Shown here: positions 1 to 12,669 of the stretch, piece by piece
Layout: every line of letters starts with the position of its first letter
Numbering within the stretch: position 1 is the first letter of the stretch
Assembly (NCBI GenBank): GCA_040285825.1
Contig: JAUPSS010000006.1
Span: 62,001 to 126,000, forward strand
Length of the DNA stretch: 64,000 bases
Direction of reading: 5' to 3'
Origin: Eukaryota sp. TZLM1-RC
Lineage: Eukaryota > Protista > Metamonada: BaSk clade
Made by a program: the position numbers and the translations under genes
The notes under the pieces: generated by a model
Told to the model about the DNA's origin: nothing
What the model saw: the letters and a program-made list of their open reading frames with translations, nothing else
Databases searched by the model: none

Positions 1-2
1 CC

Positions 3-434
3 ATTCAAGCCACACTACTAGAACAAATAGTAGAAGCTGGCAAGGGTTTGGTATTGTTTAGTTGTAGTGGACATCACATCAAGGGTGACTTTAAATATGG
101 AGCATTCAAGGGTTTGAGTGGTCGTAAACCATTTGACTCTTTCATTGAACTTGGTAACTCTAACCAGAGTGATTTAATTATGAAATCAGTAAACTCTTTT
201 TCTTGTAAGTTTGGTGCAAAATACACTTCCATCAACCCTGAATTTCAAACAGTTTTTACCTTGAAAAATGGAGATCCTTTGGTGTTGAAGAGTGAATATA
301 GCAAAAGTAGAGTGGTAGATTTTGCTTCAGATGGTATTAGTACTGATCGTCATAGTAATGGATGGAAAAGCTCCACAGACGGTCATTTATTGCTAGCAAA
401 TTCAATAGTTTGGGTTTCTGGAAGGGATGACTAA
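3..434 (+). CDS. 3' end of hypervariable ThuA/GATase1-like family gene (copy A; 5' part outside window)
   Basis: Frame open from position 3 (IQATLLEQIVEAGKGLVLF...NSIVWVSGRDD*). Same scaffold as the C-termini of the genes at 14621, 31385 and 39100. Confidence 0.85.
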   Translation: MQATLLEQIVEAGKGLVLFSCSGHHIKGDFKYGAFKGLSGRKPFDSFIELGNSNQSDLIMKSVNSFSCKFGAKYTSINPEFQTVFTLKNGDPLVLKSEYSKSRVVDFASDGISTDRHSNGWKSSTDGHLLLANSIVWVSGRDD

Positions 435-569
435 TAAACTTGACTTTTTTCTTTAGGTTCTATTTGAATTATTTCGTCTTTTTTAATATTGTTTTATTCG
501 ATTAATAAATTTGTTTTTTCAATTTCTTCATATTTTAACAATTAAACCATCAATTACTTACCAAATATT

Positions 570-632
570 GTAATCGTATTTATTGAATTTGCACACTTGA
601 TTAAATTAAATCATAACTAATGGGACGACTAT
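570..632 (-). mobile_element. 63-bp 5'-truncated 3' tip of an RLE non-LTR retrotransposon, with 8-bp TSD
   Basis: Flanked by CAAATATT at 562-569 and 633-640. Absent from the paralogous flank at ~2107. Matches the 3' end of the element at ~49070-49127. Confidence 0.75.
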
Positions 633-640
633 CAAATATT

Positions 641-1979
641 TCAAGTCTATCACTTGTCAATTCAACCCTAATGATCAGAGTCACCAAATTTTCTTCAATG
701 ATTAAGGGTGATTTATGTGGTGATTTTTATAAATCATTTGATGATTCCAATCAAACTATTATGGATTTCACAACTGATTTACCCTTGTGTTGGCAGAAGT
801 ACTTTGAAAATTTCTCAAAATGATTGTACCTCGAAAACCTTGAAGAAAATGTTTTGGAATTAAGTTTTGAATCTTTTAAAGTATTTCAAGAATTAAAAAA
901 CAAAAAAATAAGCATTTGGTTATTAAATTGTTTGAAAGTAAATTGTTTTGATTGGAATATTGATCAATTTAGTGAAATTTTAAATGGCTTTGATTTAAAA
1001 TTATTTAATCCACAAGAAATTCAAGAATTATTTATTAAACCATTGAATTCAATTGAAAAGTTCATTTTGGTAATTAGTAAGTTTAATAATGAAATTGTTG
1101 TGCCTTTATTAACTGAACAATTTGAAAATGTTATTAGTGAAAAGGATCAAAAAAATTGAAGAATTAACTAGAAATAATTCCAATTTAAATCAACAATTAG
1201 GTGAAAAAGATGAATTAAATAGCCAATTAACCACTCAAATTCAAGAATTAAAAAGTGAATTGCAATTTAAAAATCAAATAATTCAATCAAATTTACCATT
1301 AATTAGGGTTTGTTTGTGGGCTCATTCAAATCTTCATAATGACATTACCCAAAAAATTCAAAAAGGATTTAGGCAAAATTGGCCTAATCTTGAGGTACAA
1401 ATTACTTTTACTAATCAACCAAATTTAAACAACATTGATAATTTTGATGTTGTTTTGTACAATACTACTGGTTTAACCATTCAAGCCACACTACTAGAAC
1501 AAATAGTAGAAGCTGGCAAGGGTTTGGTATTGTTTAGTAGTAGTGGAGATTACATCAAGGGTAACTTTAAATATGGAGCATTCAAGGGTTTGGTATTGTT
1601 TAGTAGTAGTGGAGATTACATCAAGGGTAACTTTAAATATGGAGCATTCAAGGGTTTGAGTGGTACTAAACCATTTGGCTCTGTCATTGAACTTGGTAAC
1701 TCTAACCAGGATGATTTAATTATGAAATCAGTAAACTGTTTTTCTTGTAAGTATGGTGCAAAATACACTTCCATCAACCCTGATTTTCAAACAGTTGTTA
1801 CCTTGAAAAATGGTATTCCTTTGGTGTTGAAGAGTGAATATAACAAAAGTAGAGTGGTGGATTTTGCTTCAGATGGTCATAGTACTGATGGTGGTCCTTT
1901 TGGTGGATGGAAAAGCTCCACAGATGGTCATTTATTGCTAGCAAATTCAGTAGTTTGGGTTTGTGGAAGGGATGACTAG
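641..1979 (+). pseudogene. Disrupted (BTB-like)-coiled coil-ThuA/GATase1-like gene (copy B)
   Basis: ORFs 620-823, 824-1159 and 1122-1979 join via an in-frame TGA (821-823) and a +1 shift in the A-run at ~1149-1155 (SEKDQ|KIEELTRNN). The C-terminal domain is the family scaffold with a 66-bp internal duplication. The BTB call rests on weak motif likeness only. Confidence 0.6.
1521..1652 (+). repeat. Perfect 66-bp in-frame tandem duplication (GLVLFSSSGDYIKGNFKYGAFK x2)
   Basis: Two identical units bounded by the 10-bp microhomology CAAGGGTTTG (1517, 1583, 1649). Confidence 0.9.
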
Positions 1980-3714
1980 TAAACTTGACTTTTTTCTTTA
2001 GGTTTAATTTGAATTATTTCGTCTTTTTTAATATTGTTTTATTCGATTAATAAATTTGTTTTTTCAATTTCTTCATATTTTAACAATTAAACCATCAATT
2101 ACTTACCAAATATTTCAAGTCTATCACTTTTCAATTCAACCCTAATGATCAGAGTCACCAAATTTTCTTCAATGATTAAGGGTGATTTATGTGGTGATTT
2201 TTATAAATTATTTGATGATTCCAATCAAACTATTATGGATTTCACAACTGATTTACCCTTGTGTTGGCAGAAGTACTTTGAAAATTTCTCAAAATGATTG
2301 TACCTCCAACTAATGGTGAACTGAAAATGATTTTGAAAGCACAATACGCAACTTATAAACCTAATAAACTTCTTTACCATTATTGTTTTTTCCACACTAC
2401 ACCTTTATTTACACTTGATAACTGAAACAAATTGTTATTGGTTGTCTATTCAAATTAATCTATTCTTACACTTGATTAAGAATTTCAGCAATTTTTTGCT
2501 TTCAACTGCTTTTTTTCACAATATTTTCTTCATTCCACAAAAGCTATTATAATCATCTATTCGGTTCCTGTTTGTTAGAACCATTGTTTTGGTCAATTAA
2601 TGTCTTTTTCTTTAAAAACAATTGACCTTAGTCATTCACTCACTGATTCGCTAATTGGATAGTAAAAAATTCAACACTACTACAATTATGAGCAATGGCT
2701 TTCTGGAAATTTGTTCTGAGAGGAATAGCCTTGCTGTTTCATTAATTGATCTGCCAAGAACTAGCTATTTGCTTTGGGTTATTTAATGTTTGTCTTTTGT
2801 GGCGGGACTTATGGATCGCATAGTGTTTTCGATCGTCTTCTTTTAACTTTAGCTTTCATTTGCAACTTCAATTAAATCTAGCATTAACTGTTACTTTAAG
2901 AATGTCCACTCACCATGTGACTGATTTTCACTTGTTGTTTCAAATGCCAAAAAATGTTGGGTTTGCCAACCTGTCCCGTTGCTTAGAAACAAGGAATACT
3001 CTCTGTGAGCTGGTTGCACTAGAAGAAATTTTGTTCTAAATGCCGCAATAATGGCCTTGTAGAACAATAAGATATGTCAATTACGTGAGACAAAATTTTG
3101 CAGTTTTTACAATTCTTTGGTTTGTCAATTTGCACTTAATGTGAGACAAATGTTGGAGGTCGTGATCAACAATCTGAAGATCAACCTTTTCGAAAATTCA
3201 GAAATCGTTTCGAAGAATAGTAATAGGCTGTTTTTGTTCGGAGAAGATCGACCTTGACTGAAATGTTTTGTTCGAATTCATCATCAGTGGATAATCTTGT
3301 ATGGTGTGAGATTAGAGAAAAATAAACAAAACACTTTTAAAAAAACAAAAAACATGAATTGCGATAGTCAAATGTTGCAGTCTTGCTGAATAATTTTGAA
3401 CGTTTTAATAAAATAATAAGAAATGAATTCCTCATTATAACATTTTATTGGAAAATACTTAAATTTCACTATCAGTATCCTAAAAACAGTGAAACCTGGA
3501 TGAAAGCAATTTTAACCAACTTCAGAAGTTTTCAACAAAAACATTCCCAAATGGTGCTTATCAACCAAGCACAACCTCAACCTAGATCTATGGTGTTCTG
3601 CTCTTCTATTGAGTGATCAAAGATTCTGATAATCTGATAGAATATTTTAACCAATATCTCTACTAGATGGATCAACAAACTAAACAAAAAACTTTATTGT
3701 CGCTATTTACAAAA

Positions 3715-6568
3715 TTAATACTGATAACTAGGAACTTGATGAGCGGGAGGTCCATTGGATTCTGGATGGTAAACTGGTGGAGCTGAACCAGGAGCTATTG
3801 GTGGAGGTACCATTTGATTACCATTGTTGTAGCTATTTCCATAATAAGGATTATAAATTTGCACATCAACTGGAGGCGGAGGAGCCGAAACATGGTTCAC
3901 AGTTAAGGGTTCCCCAGCAGCTTTTCTTTGTGGTTTAGTGTTATGAATTCCGTGGTCAATTAACCATTGAGTAATTGCTTCCCTTTTCATAACAATAATA
4001 GAAAGAAGAAGAACAACAACCACTAAAATGATCAACCCGTACATTAATAAATCTCCAGTGTTTGAAATAACGAATTCTGCCCAAGGTTCTTGGCCTGCAA
4101 AGCTACCAGTGACTAAGTAATTCTTGTCACTTCCTGCGAAAATTTTGGCAACGGAATCAATACCCCAAATTTTGAAATATTGAGGCATTCCAGTGGCTTC
4201 ACGAGCAAGGCCAGTTGTGAACCGATCCCCAAAAGAATAGACTTGACCATTAGCAAAGACAAAACCACCAGCATCATTAGCCACAACACCATCAACTCTA
4301 TCATTATCAGGAAGTACTATTGGCAAGACATCACCAGCAGTACCATCACGACCGAGATCAGAACGATGTCGACCCCATGAAACAGCATATAAATCAGAAG
4401 TGATTGCCATGTAAACATTTCCAGAACATGAAAAAGCGTGGAATCTTCCTGGAATTGCATGAGGAGCATACATTGAATTTGTTTCTAATGAAGAACCTTC
4501 CCTACCAATGAAGCTTCGACTGCCAAATGAATAGAGGTAACCGTTTTTGTTGAGAAAAAGACATGCACTATCGCCACATTGAATGTCAAGAACTGACGAG
4601 TGCAAATTTTCAAGTGGTCTTGCAACATGATCCTGACTTGTCGTTGAGTACCCCCCACTTCGATCCTTTCGTCCAAGCAACCCTCTTCCAAAAGAGTAGA
4701 CGACACCCTTATCATCTAAAACATAAACCACCCCTTTTGAACAATGAATTTTGGTAATAAACAATGAATCGAAAACGGATGATTGGGAAGGGGAAATCGA
4801 ATGAGGAGAATGATGACCGAGGTACACGTGTGGCTCGGAGGTTACGTCGGAACCTTGTCCCCATGAAACGACCGAACCATCATTGAAAACAAGGTAGATG
4901 AATCTTCTGGAGGTGGAAGTTCCATAGTTGACTGCCACGTGTGCAATATCTTTGTTATCAAACGAGTCAAAAGAGCAAAGGACAGGTTGGTGAATAGGGA
5001 AAAGGTCCAGATCACGTTGTAATAAATGATTAGTTGCATCGGAACGATCCTGACCCCAAGACCATAATTGACTGTTGGAATCGACTGCAAACGTGATAAA
5101 ACGATTGATTGCAAGCTGAACAAACTCAACTTTTTGATCTACATCAATTGGGAGTGGATAGACACCACCAGATTCAGCAAAAAGATACCGCCACCTGCCA
5201 GCATATCTGCCTATATTGGCTACTGGGCTTGCTAGTGGCCCTCCCCAAGAAAATATTTGGGAAGTTGAATTTTTGGTTTCGGAAAGTGTGGTTGGTGGGA
5301 ATAGAACCTGGTCGGAATGGTGTCCTGGTGAAGAAGCAATGTCAGCTTCACCATCTGTGCTATGAATGAGGAAAATTCCTTGATCGACACCAACCAAATT
5401 GTGGAATTTTCGGCTTAGGGATAATCTGGCTGGTTCAACTTGAGCTTGACTGAAAGAGCCATGTAAGCAATTTGAACTTCCCCAATTGTAAACGTCACCA
5501 TCTAACGTCAGCAAAAACCCTCCACATCCAGATGAGGCGACATCAACCACAGAAGAACCAAAATTGAGCTCAAATGGCTGAACTGGATCAGAAAATGATT
5601 GACTAGAAGGGATCATGTCAAAATTTGGCACAGATCTACCCAAATTTCTGTATCCATCATGGGTAGTTCTAAATGAATGCCACGTCAGCACAGTGCCATC
5701 ATCAAGCAACAAAGTTCCCAAGTGTTCATTAACAGAAATTTTGAAAATATTTCTGCCATTAATTCCTCCAAAAATTCGCTCAGGATATTCCAGATAATCC
5801 AAACTAGAAAGCCGACCGATCGGACCTCTCCCAAATGCATAGAGTTCATTGTCCTGAGAAACCACAAATGAAGCTAGGTTTGAAGCATGGATCTGAGGTG
5901 AGGGAAAAGTGAAAACGTACCATTTTGATATCAATGCCATGATCCCAAAACCAAGAAATAATTACTGGTGGAGTTAGGCGGCCTGAACAACTACTATAAC
6001 TCGGGCCAAGACCTAATGATCTACAACCAACGTCACGCTCGGAAGACCCAAAGAGTGTGCCATAGGAGGAGAGGTAGAGAACATGTTCACGGCCAGCAGA
6101 GATGGTGGTGATTGGTTCAGGAAGAGGGACAGTGGAGACGGTGTGGTACGAGATGTTGTAGACTGTGCCAGATTCACCAACGGCGAGGCATAGAACAGTA
6201 GGTGTAGATGTGAGGGCGACGTCAATTACGGGTTCAGGGACATGGAAAACAGGAGAGGGGATTGCATAATTGGAGGTTCTGTCAAAGAAGAAATCTCTGT
6301 TAGATCTGTCATCTCCCCAAAGCAGAAGATCTCCACATGAGGTGACAGCAGCACCAGTGCGATGTTGTGCAATAGATCTATCCTCAGTTGTTGTGATCTT
6401 GATGATTGGGCATGTTGAGTTGGAGTATTGAAAGGAGCCAAGAGTTTGGGAATCTTCATCATCGATGCGACCTAGACGTTCATGATACTTGCCGAATGAA
6501 AAGATCTCTTGGGATGATGATAAACAGAAGAGAAGAACAAGTATTAGAAGTGAGGGACGAGTCATCAT
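3715..6568 (-). CDS. RCC1/BLIP-II-repeat type I membrane protein (signal peptide, RCC1 repeats, TM, Pro/Tyr-rich tail); 2 exons
   Basis: ORFs 5846-6580 and 3715-5940 join via a 28-nt intron at 5893-5920 (GTACG...CTCAG; DIKM|IHASN). Repeated G-x-V-Y-S-(F/W)-G RCC1 motifs, hydrophobic N-terminus, TM LLMYGLIILVVVVLLLSIIVM. Confidence 0.8.
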
Positions 6569-7688
6569 GATTTGATTCAATCTTAATAGGTTCTTTTAAT
6601 TCATTTTTTAATTCTCTTAATTCGGGGTTTTAAATTGTCTGCTATAAAATATAGCAGGAAGTTTGTTTTTCTGACAACTGAAGGATGTGTCAATGATATG
6701 AATATGGCCTCTTATAGCACAGTTTAAATTACAATTTTCACTTGCCATCTGATGACCTCCTTGACTAGGACCATTCTTGCCAACAGTGTTCTGTGTCATC
6801 GTTGCTTCATGGTCACGTTTAGTGAATGCAATGTGGAGAAGTTAAGTGTTAATGTGCTGCTCCTGAGTGTGCTGTCGTTGTCCTTTACTTTTAGATTTTT
6901 CAGAATTCCAGTTGGTTCTTTTGTTTTGAATTCCAGTGCATGAATTTTGATTGTTTTTTTTGTTATGGGACAAATTCCATTAGCTGAACACAGCTGTCTT
7001 CCAAGTTAATTCTTATATGTGAGGGATAACATAAACTCTTTTTGACAAACAACATTTAGAAAGGAAAATAAATAAAGGATTAAATTTAAACAATTTATTT
7101 TATAATATTCAAATATTTGTAGCATTAATGAAGCTCAAACTTCATTTTTTCAAAAACAATTACTTTTAATTTTCAAAGATTTTTAACCAAATGCTTACTG
7201 CAACTGCTATTGATTAACAAAAAGTTGAGAAAACACATGGATATAACAAAAACAATAGCCAATCAAACGCTCTGGAACAATAAAGGAAAGTCATTGTCAT
7301 CAACCGCATCAGTAACCCAGGCTAATCTACTCTTTGTTAGGAACTTTTTAACAAACACACATAAACCCTTCACAATCACAACAACCATACATCACGGGAA
7401 TAGGTTTATCGACTGTTTCCAAAGAATAATGGTAATAAAATGTGTTTATAAAAGATTGTATTCTGACAGCAACAATCACAAAAATAGTCTATGCAACAGT
7501 ATTGGAACATAGACTTTCAAAGGAAGGTTGCTGCCTACGGACTACCAAGTTGTTGTTATTGAATGGAGTGATAACGCAGAATAATTTATAGTCTTTGCAT
7601 TGGTGCATATGATGAATCATCACGTCACCACACATTAGAACAAAAACGGAAACTCCGCCAATATCCTCTCCGACAATCACTCACAATC

Positions 7689-8840
7689 ATGACGTCGCAC
7701 GGAGAAATCACTGTTGAAATGAATCCCATGCATGGTGACAAAACTTCCAACCCGGAGAAGAAGCCGGAAAAGGATCCAAAGATTCAACACCGTCAAGATG
7801 CTATGGACATTGTCCGTGGACTCGCAGTGTTGTTTATGGTTCTACAACATACTGTTATATATATGGCAGCCGATGAGTCTTCTTGGGCCATTAGATGGAC
7901 TTTGGTTGGGCCAGGAGACGTTGCTGTTATGTTTATGTTTATATTAGGTATCAATATGGCTGATCCGAAGGCTATCTCCAACAAGGCTCTCGCTCTCCGT
8001 GGTCTCAAAATATGGGTTCTTGCCGCATGCTTGAATTTTGCCAGGGCTTCAGCACCCTTTTATGTGGCTTGCAAGCTCAGGAACTTCTGTTTCAGTTTCA
8101 CCTACCTTGAAATGTTCCTGCGCTTGGACATCTATCACTTTGTCGGTGGGTTCCTACTGTTTGTTGCTCTTATGCGTGCTCTTGAAATGACTCAACTGGC
8201 ACAGTTCACCTTCACCTGTATTCTGTGGTTGGTTTTCTCCTTATTCGAAGGAACTCCACCCAATGACCATACTGGTGTGTTTGGCTATTACGTTATTGGA
8301 ACAGAGCCATTTGCTAACTTCCCTTTCCGTAACTGGTTAATCTTCCCTATGGTGGGAATGGTTCTTGGAAACTATTGGAGACCTTTTGAAAAGAAGGAAA
8401 TTAACATGAAGAAGATCCTCTATGTATGTCTCGTTGGCTGGTTTGGCCTGTTCATCGCACTGATTGTCTTCTATCCCAAGCTTGATTTCTACGGTAATGA
8501 TGATGACAACAACTATTTAAAGCAAACCCCTCTTACTAATGTCTTCTTTTTGTTTCAGAACATCATCGTTTTGATAGCTTTTGAGTTTATTGTTTCCAAG
8601 GGGTGGGTCTGGCAACCTTTTTTCAAGTTTATCAAGTTTTGGAGCAGAAATATTATGGCAATTTTTGTTGTCCAATGGATTTTGATCACTTGGATTTCGC
8701 TTGTCATTATTGGAGGTATGGGCAAAGCTGAAACCATTTGGGAGAACTATCTCTATATGATTGGTGCTGTTCTCTTAACTGACACTATTGTTCGATATAT
8801 TCCCGGTATCAGCAAGGGGTTGAAGAAGTTGGTCAAGTAA
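7689..8840 (+). CDS. Multi-pass membrane acyltransferase-like protein (HGSNAT-catalytic/DUF1624-like)
   Basis: Intronless 383-aa ORF with RxxxxDxxRGxAxxxMxxxH motif, FPxxxW motif and about 10 TM segments. Confidence 0.75.
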   Translation: MTSHGEITVEMNPMHGDKTSNPEKKPEKDPKIQHRQDAMDIVRGLAVLFMVLQHTVIYMAADESSWAIRWTLVGPGDVAVMFMFILGINMADPKAISNKALALRGLKIWVLAACLNFARASAPFYVACKLRNFCFSFTYLEMFLRLDIYHFVGGFLLFVALMRALEMTQLAQFTFTCILWLVFSLFEGTPPNDHTGVFGYYVIGTEPFANFPFRNWLIFPMVGMVLGNYWRPFEKKEINMKKILYVCLVGWFGLFIALIVFYPKLDFYGNDDDNNYLKQTPLTNVFFLFQNIIVLIAFEFIVSKGWVWQPFFKFIKFWSRNIMAIFVVQWILITWISLVIIGGMGKAETIWENYLYMIGAVLLTDTIVRYIPGISKGLKKLVK

Positions 8841-10809
8841 TTTGGTTAATTTAATATAGATTTTGTCAAAATAAAGATTTTTTGATGGTTGTTTGCAAGA
8901 AACTAGTGGAAGAATTGGTTCTCCTCTTGATAGGACTGTCAATGTCAGATTGGAGATATACCCTTCACCACTCTCACACCAGCTTTTGTTACTGTTTCTC
9001 TCTTTACTGTTGGCATTATTTATGGCGTCCACGCTCACACCCACCAGTAGTTACAGTTACTTGGCCCATCATTGTTGTGACCACAAGACTAAAGAATTGT
9101 TATTGTCTACCAACAATAATCGCTGTGTTTCTTTCGCTTTGTTCCACAACAGTTTTTTTTAAAATATTCTCACTGAACACAGCAACACCAACTTGTTGCT
9201 CTTAGAGACCCAAGTATATCACCATCTCAGAGTTCAATCTAGACACTTCGCAGAAAAGGGACCTCCAACATTCCACTTTTGTATCACAACAACAATCCTG
9301 TAACAAGAGGTAGTCCGAAGTAAAATTTCTACTGAATTAATCTGAAATAATATTTCTGAAAATATAAAACCTTTTCCCGCTTCAAACAATTGTTGAATTA
9401 TAGAATAATGAGACCAAATTCATTTTTGGAAAATGATTCTTCAAACAACATAATTTGCTTTGTACTCGTTCTTCCTGTAGAACCATTATAACTCATTGCT
9501 TGAAGGGCCATCGTACATTCAGTGTCTTGTTCCTCTCCTGTATACCTTTCAAATGATGGATTAGCAGCACCACAGCAGATTCTCTTGATTATCAACCTTC
9601 CAAAAGTCTAAACATATATTCCTTTCATCTATATGTATGCTCTGAGCTTGACTTCCGCACCATGGCTTAAAAAGATTGTTCCGTTCAAGTCGATCGCATT
9701 CACATCGTATTTCCACAGCGTTCTCTTCTCCTAAGGGCTTTCTCTCTTCAACAACACTACGTCTATATCCTCTCTTCACCATTCCACATCTATTGTCCTT
9801 CAAAGAAAGTCAGGGCAAATTGATCGGATAGTTCCAGTTCTGGGATACCCTCTCATGGTCGCAACAAACCTCCCATTCCATGTCGTCTTCCCCCTTCATC
9901 TCTCTTACCTCCCACTCCTACAATCCATCAGCGAGTGTCCTCACTGATCACTCTCACCAGACTGCCGTTATCCTTCCAACCGTCTCTATATTTTTCTCCT
10001 CTTTATACTGAAGGTTTATGCATATCACTAAATTTGGTGAGTTACCAACAGTTATAAACCCTCTCAAAAAGGTAGGTGATGTCGATTTTTATTACGTGTT
10101 CGATTATTGACACTTTCCAAAAAAAGAGGACTTATCCTTCTTTCTTTCACACTCCAGGGCATCTGATTATTTCTAAATTCTGATATCTGAAATCTTCTAA
10201 GACTTCAAGGTCAAGTTGCTGATAGGAGACATTGGTCCATAATGAATATGACTCTTTTGATAACACTATAGGGAAGATTGATTTAAAGTCGTTTGTAAGT
10301 GGAAGGTTTTTTGTTATAAAGTTTTTTTACAAGAGAACTTAATTCCACAAAAAACATAATTACAAAAATAGAATTAAAAATTTCAATAATCTTGTTTTTT
10401 GTAGGAAGAGGTTCAATCTTTTCACCTGTTGAAAACGATTTTTTTCTTTTCTGATGTTCGTTGTTTAGTCTACTCGGTTTATTTACATGCTTGCATTCCC
10501 CAGGGTCAATTCAATTTCAGCAGCTTTCTGTGATGTAATTACTTTTGCATATTGTGAAATATCTTTTGCATTATTAACTGAAATTCCATATTAATCGCCC
10601 GAGTTTGGACGTTTTCTTGATTAATATTGGTTGTTTCACCAAGTTATGGAAACAATACAATTTTTTGTCCAAATTTTTAAATTTCATCACAACATAAGTT
10701 TTTTAATTCTATCTAATAATTCATGGATGATGCTCAACATATTTTATGCTTCCTTCCCTCAATACTTTCCAATGGGTTTTTCTCTTCATTTTTTGTTGTT
10801 TCTCCAATT

Positions 10810-12660
10810 TATCATTCTTCTGGAGTTGAGCAAGTTGATCCTCTTGAGCCTTTACTGTTCTGTTCAGCAATTCACAAGTCTTTGATTCATTTCGGTAAAC
10901 GTTATACTATGTTGAAAATTGTAAGATACATGGATGATATTTCAATTATTGGTCAATAAAATGTTTTGAATGAAATGTTTTGAATGAAATTGCCGCTTAA
11001 GCTTCATTTTTTACAAAAAGATTGGTCTTTTCCTCAACCTCGACAAATGTCTGCTCATACGAAATGTAAAGGATAGTTTAACCATTGATAGTGTTGAAAT
11101 TGCTTTTGTGATGCCATTACGCAGAAATACCAAAGCGAAGAAAAGAGAACTTTATTAATAAAGATACTTGTTCTTGAACAAGTGCCACGTCATCACGTGA
11201 ATTCCTCATCTGTCTTCCAGCCTAGTTGAGCAGTAACAACAATATTTGTAAATTATTGCTCAGACGCATTTCGCTTCCTTGGTTGGTGGCTTGGAAATGT
11301 TTCCAAAATTACCGATGAATTAAATAATTTTAATTCAAATTGGCCTCTGAACTTGATACAATTTCTTCTTTTGAAATAGAAAATCATATTGAATTTTTAT
11401 TTTAAAAATGTGTCATTTAGGGAACATTACTCACATTTAAAGAACAACTTCTTCTAATATTTAACGTGAGTTTGACCGCTCATTTAACCACTTATGAACA
11501 AAGTTTTTGCATCTTTGCTTGATGTCAGTCCTGATCTAATTCGAAGTCATGTATTTTTATCATCTAAGTTTGGTGGTATTAATTTCACTAAATCGTCTAT
11601 GCGTGTCAGGCTGCTTTTCTTGGTGGAGGGAAAAATTTTGTTTTTGAATTTTACAACCGTTGTCCCAATGATGTTAATTTATTGAATTTTACAAGCAATA
11701 ATATTCTTAGAGACTTACAAAATGCTCTTGATTGTTTGCCCTCTGAAATTTGGAGTAAATTTTTTCCCGACAACGTACAGGAAATACCACCTACAACACT
11801 ACTTAATTTGAGGTATTGTGTTATAAAATTATAGCAAAAGTTAAACATAATTGTTTAAGGCTTGGATTTTAATGTTCGTCTTAGCTCGGCCAAAAAAGAT
11901 AATCCCGCTTGCGCAAATTTTTTGTTAGATGCCCAAAACAGTTCCTCTTCGTGTTTAATTGCTCAAATTCCTCAAATTTATCGTCTTCTTTTCAATGATA
12001 CAGAATTTTTTTGTACATTGTACCTTCGTTGTTTTATTTGGCCTGATAACGTGCCCCATAATTTGGTTTGCAAATGTGGATCAAAAATTTCTCCAAATCA
12101 TTTATTCAAATGTAAACATTTCATTACTTTCCAATGAAACGTAAATGATGCAGTTAGGGATCAACTCTATTGTATGTCCAAGTCTCACAGAATTGTTTTT
12201 TATTTGGAACCTTTACTCTTTCGTTTGCTTGATGAAGACACTTTGAATTCTGTTGGTCGTAATAGAGGTGATTTAATGCTTGAAGGTCTGCAGGGGACGA
12301 CTTCATTACTGATTTAAGATCAACTGATGTGTGTGATAATTCCTTTATACCACCTACAACCTCAAAACACAAAAATCCGCTGTCTGTTGCTGGAAACGAT
12401 AAAACACTAAAAAAATGAAGCACAGTCGCTATCGTTGAATGCTGAATCTTATACATTATGTCCTTTGTCCTTTTGCTTTTTCCCTACATATTACGCTTGG
12501 ACCTCTTGCTCTATCTTTCTTGGAGAATTTTGTTGAAATTGAAAAACAACGTACAAGAAGAATTTTTGACAAGACGTTTTGGCAGAATAGAATTGTATTT
12601 TCAATTTTTAAAGGTGTTGTCCGATTATTACCTTCTTCTTTATTATCTCTTTATTATCTC
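10810..12660 (+). mobile_element. Decayed RLE-type (CRE-like) non-LTR retrotransposon
   Basis: Fragments SSGVEQVDPLEPLLFC, YMDDISIIG, FRFLG, CKC..H..C and FWQNRIVFSIFKG, with many stops and frameshifts. Confidence 0.8.
11109..11241. mobile_element. Solo LTR nested in the CRE-like element
   Basis: TGATGCC...AACAACA termini. Shares motifs (TGATGCCnTTAnGCAGA, TTATTAATAAA, CACGTCATCA) with the LTRs at 54640 and 55330. Interrupts the RT sequence EIAF|VNY. Confidence 0.65.
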
Positions 12661-12669
12661 TTGAATTTG

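Noticed and set aside
821-823. In-frame TGA conserved in three copies of the BTB-like fragment (821, ~2295, ~31074), suggesting TGA=Trp
   Set aside because: Intact genes use TGG for Trp and have no internal TGA, and the ThrE gene appears to end in TGA. Shared descent from one pseudogene explains it.
4113-6462. Numerous short antisense or alternate-frame ORFs overlapping long genes (here and at 32747, 40438, 57494-58615)
   Set aside because: Shadow ORFs of real genes with no recognisable domains.
9390-10060. Possible decayed DNA-transposase (MULE/SWIM-like) sequence, with a vaguely similar stretch at ~56600-56990
   Set aside because: Coding-like composition but no motif intact enough to call.
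10330-10800. Possible pogo/DDE_1 transposase tail on the minus strand
   Set aside because: Too degenerate, and no catalytic motif visible.
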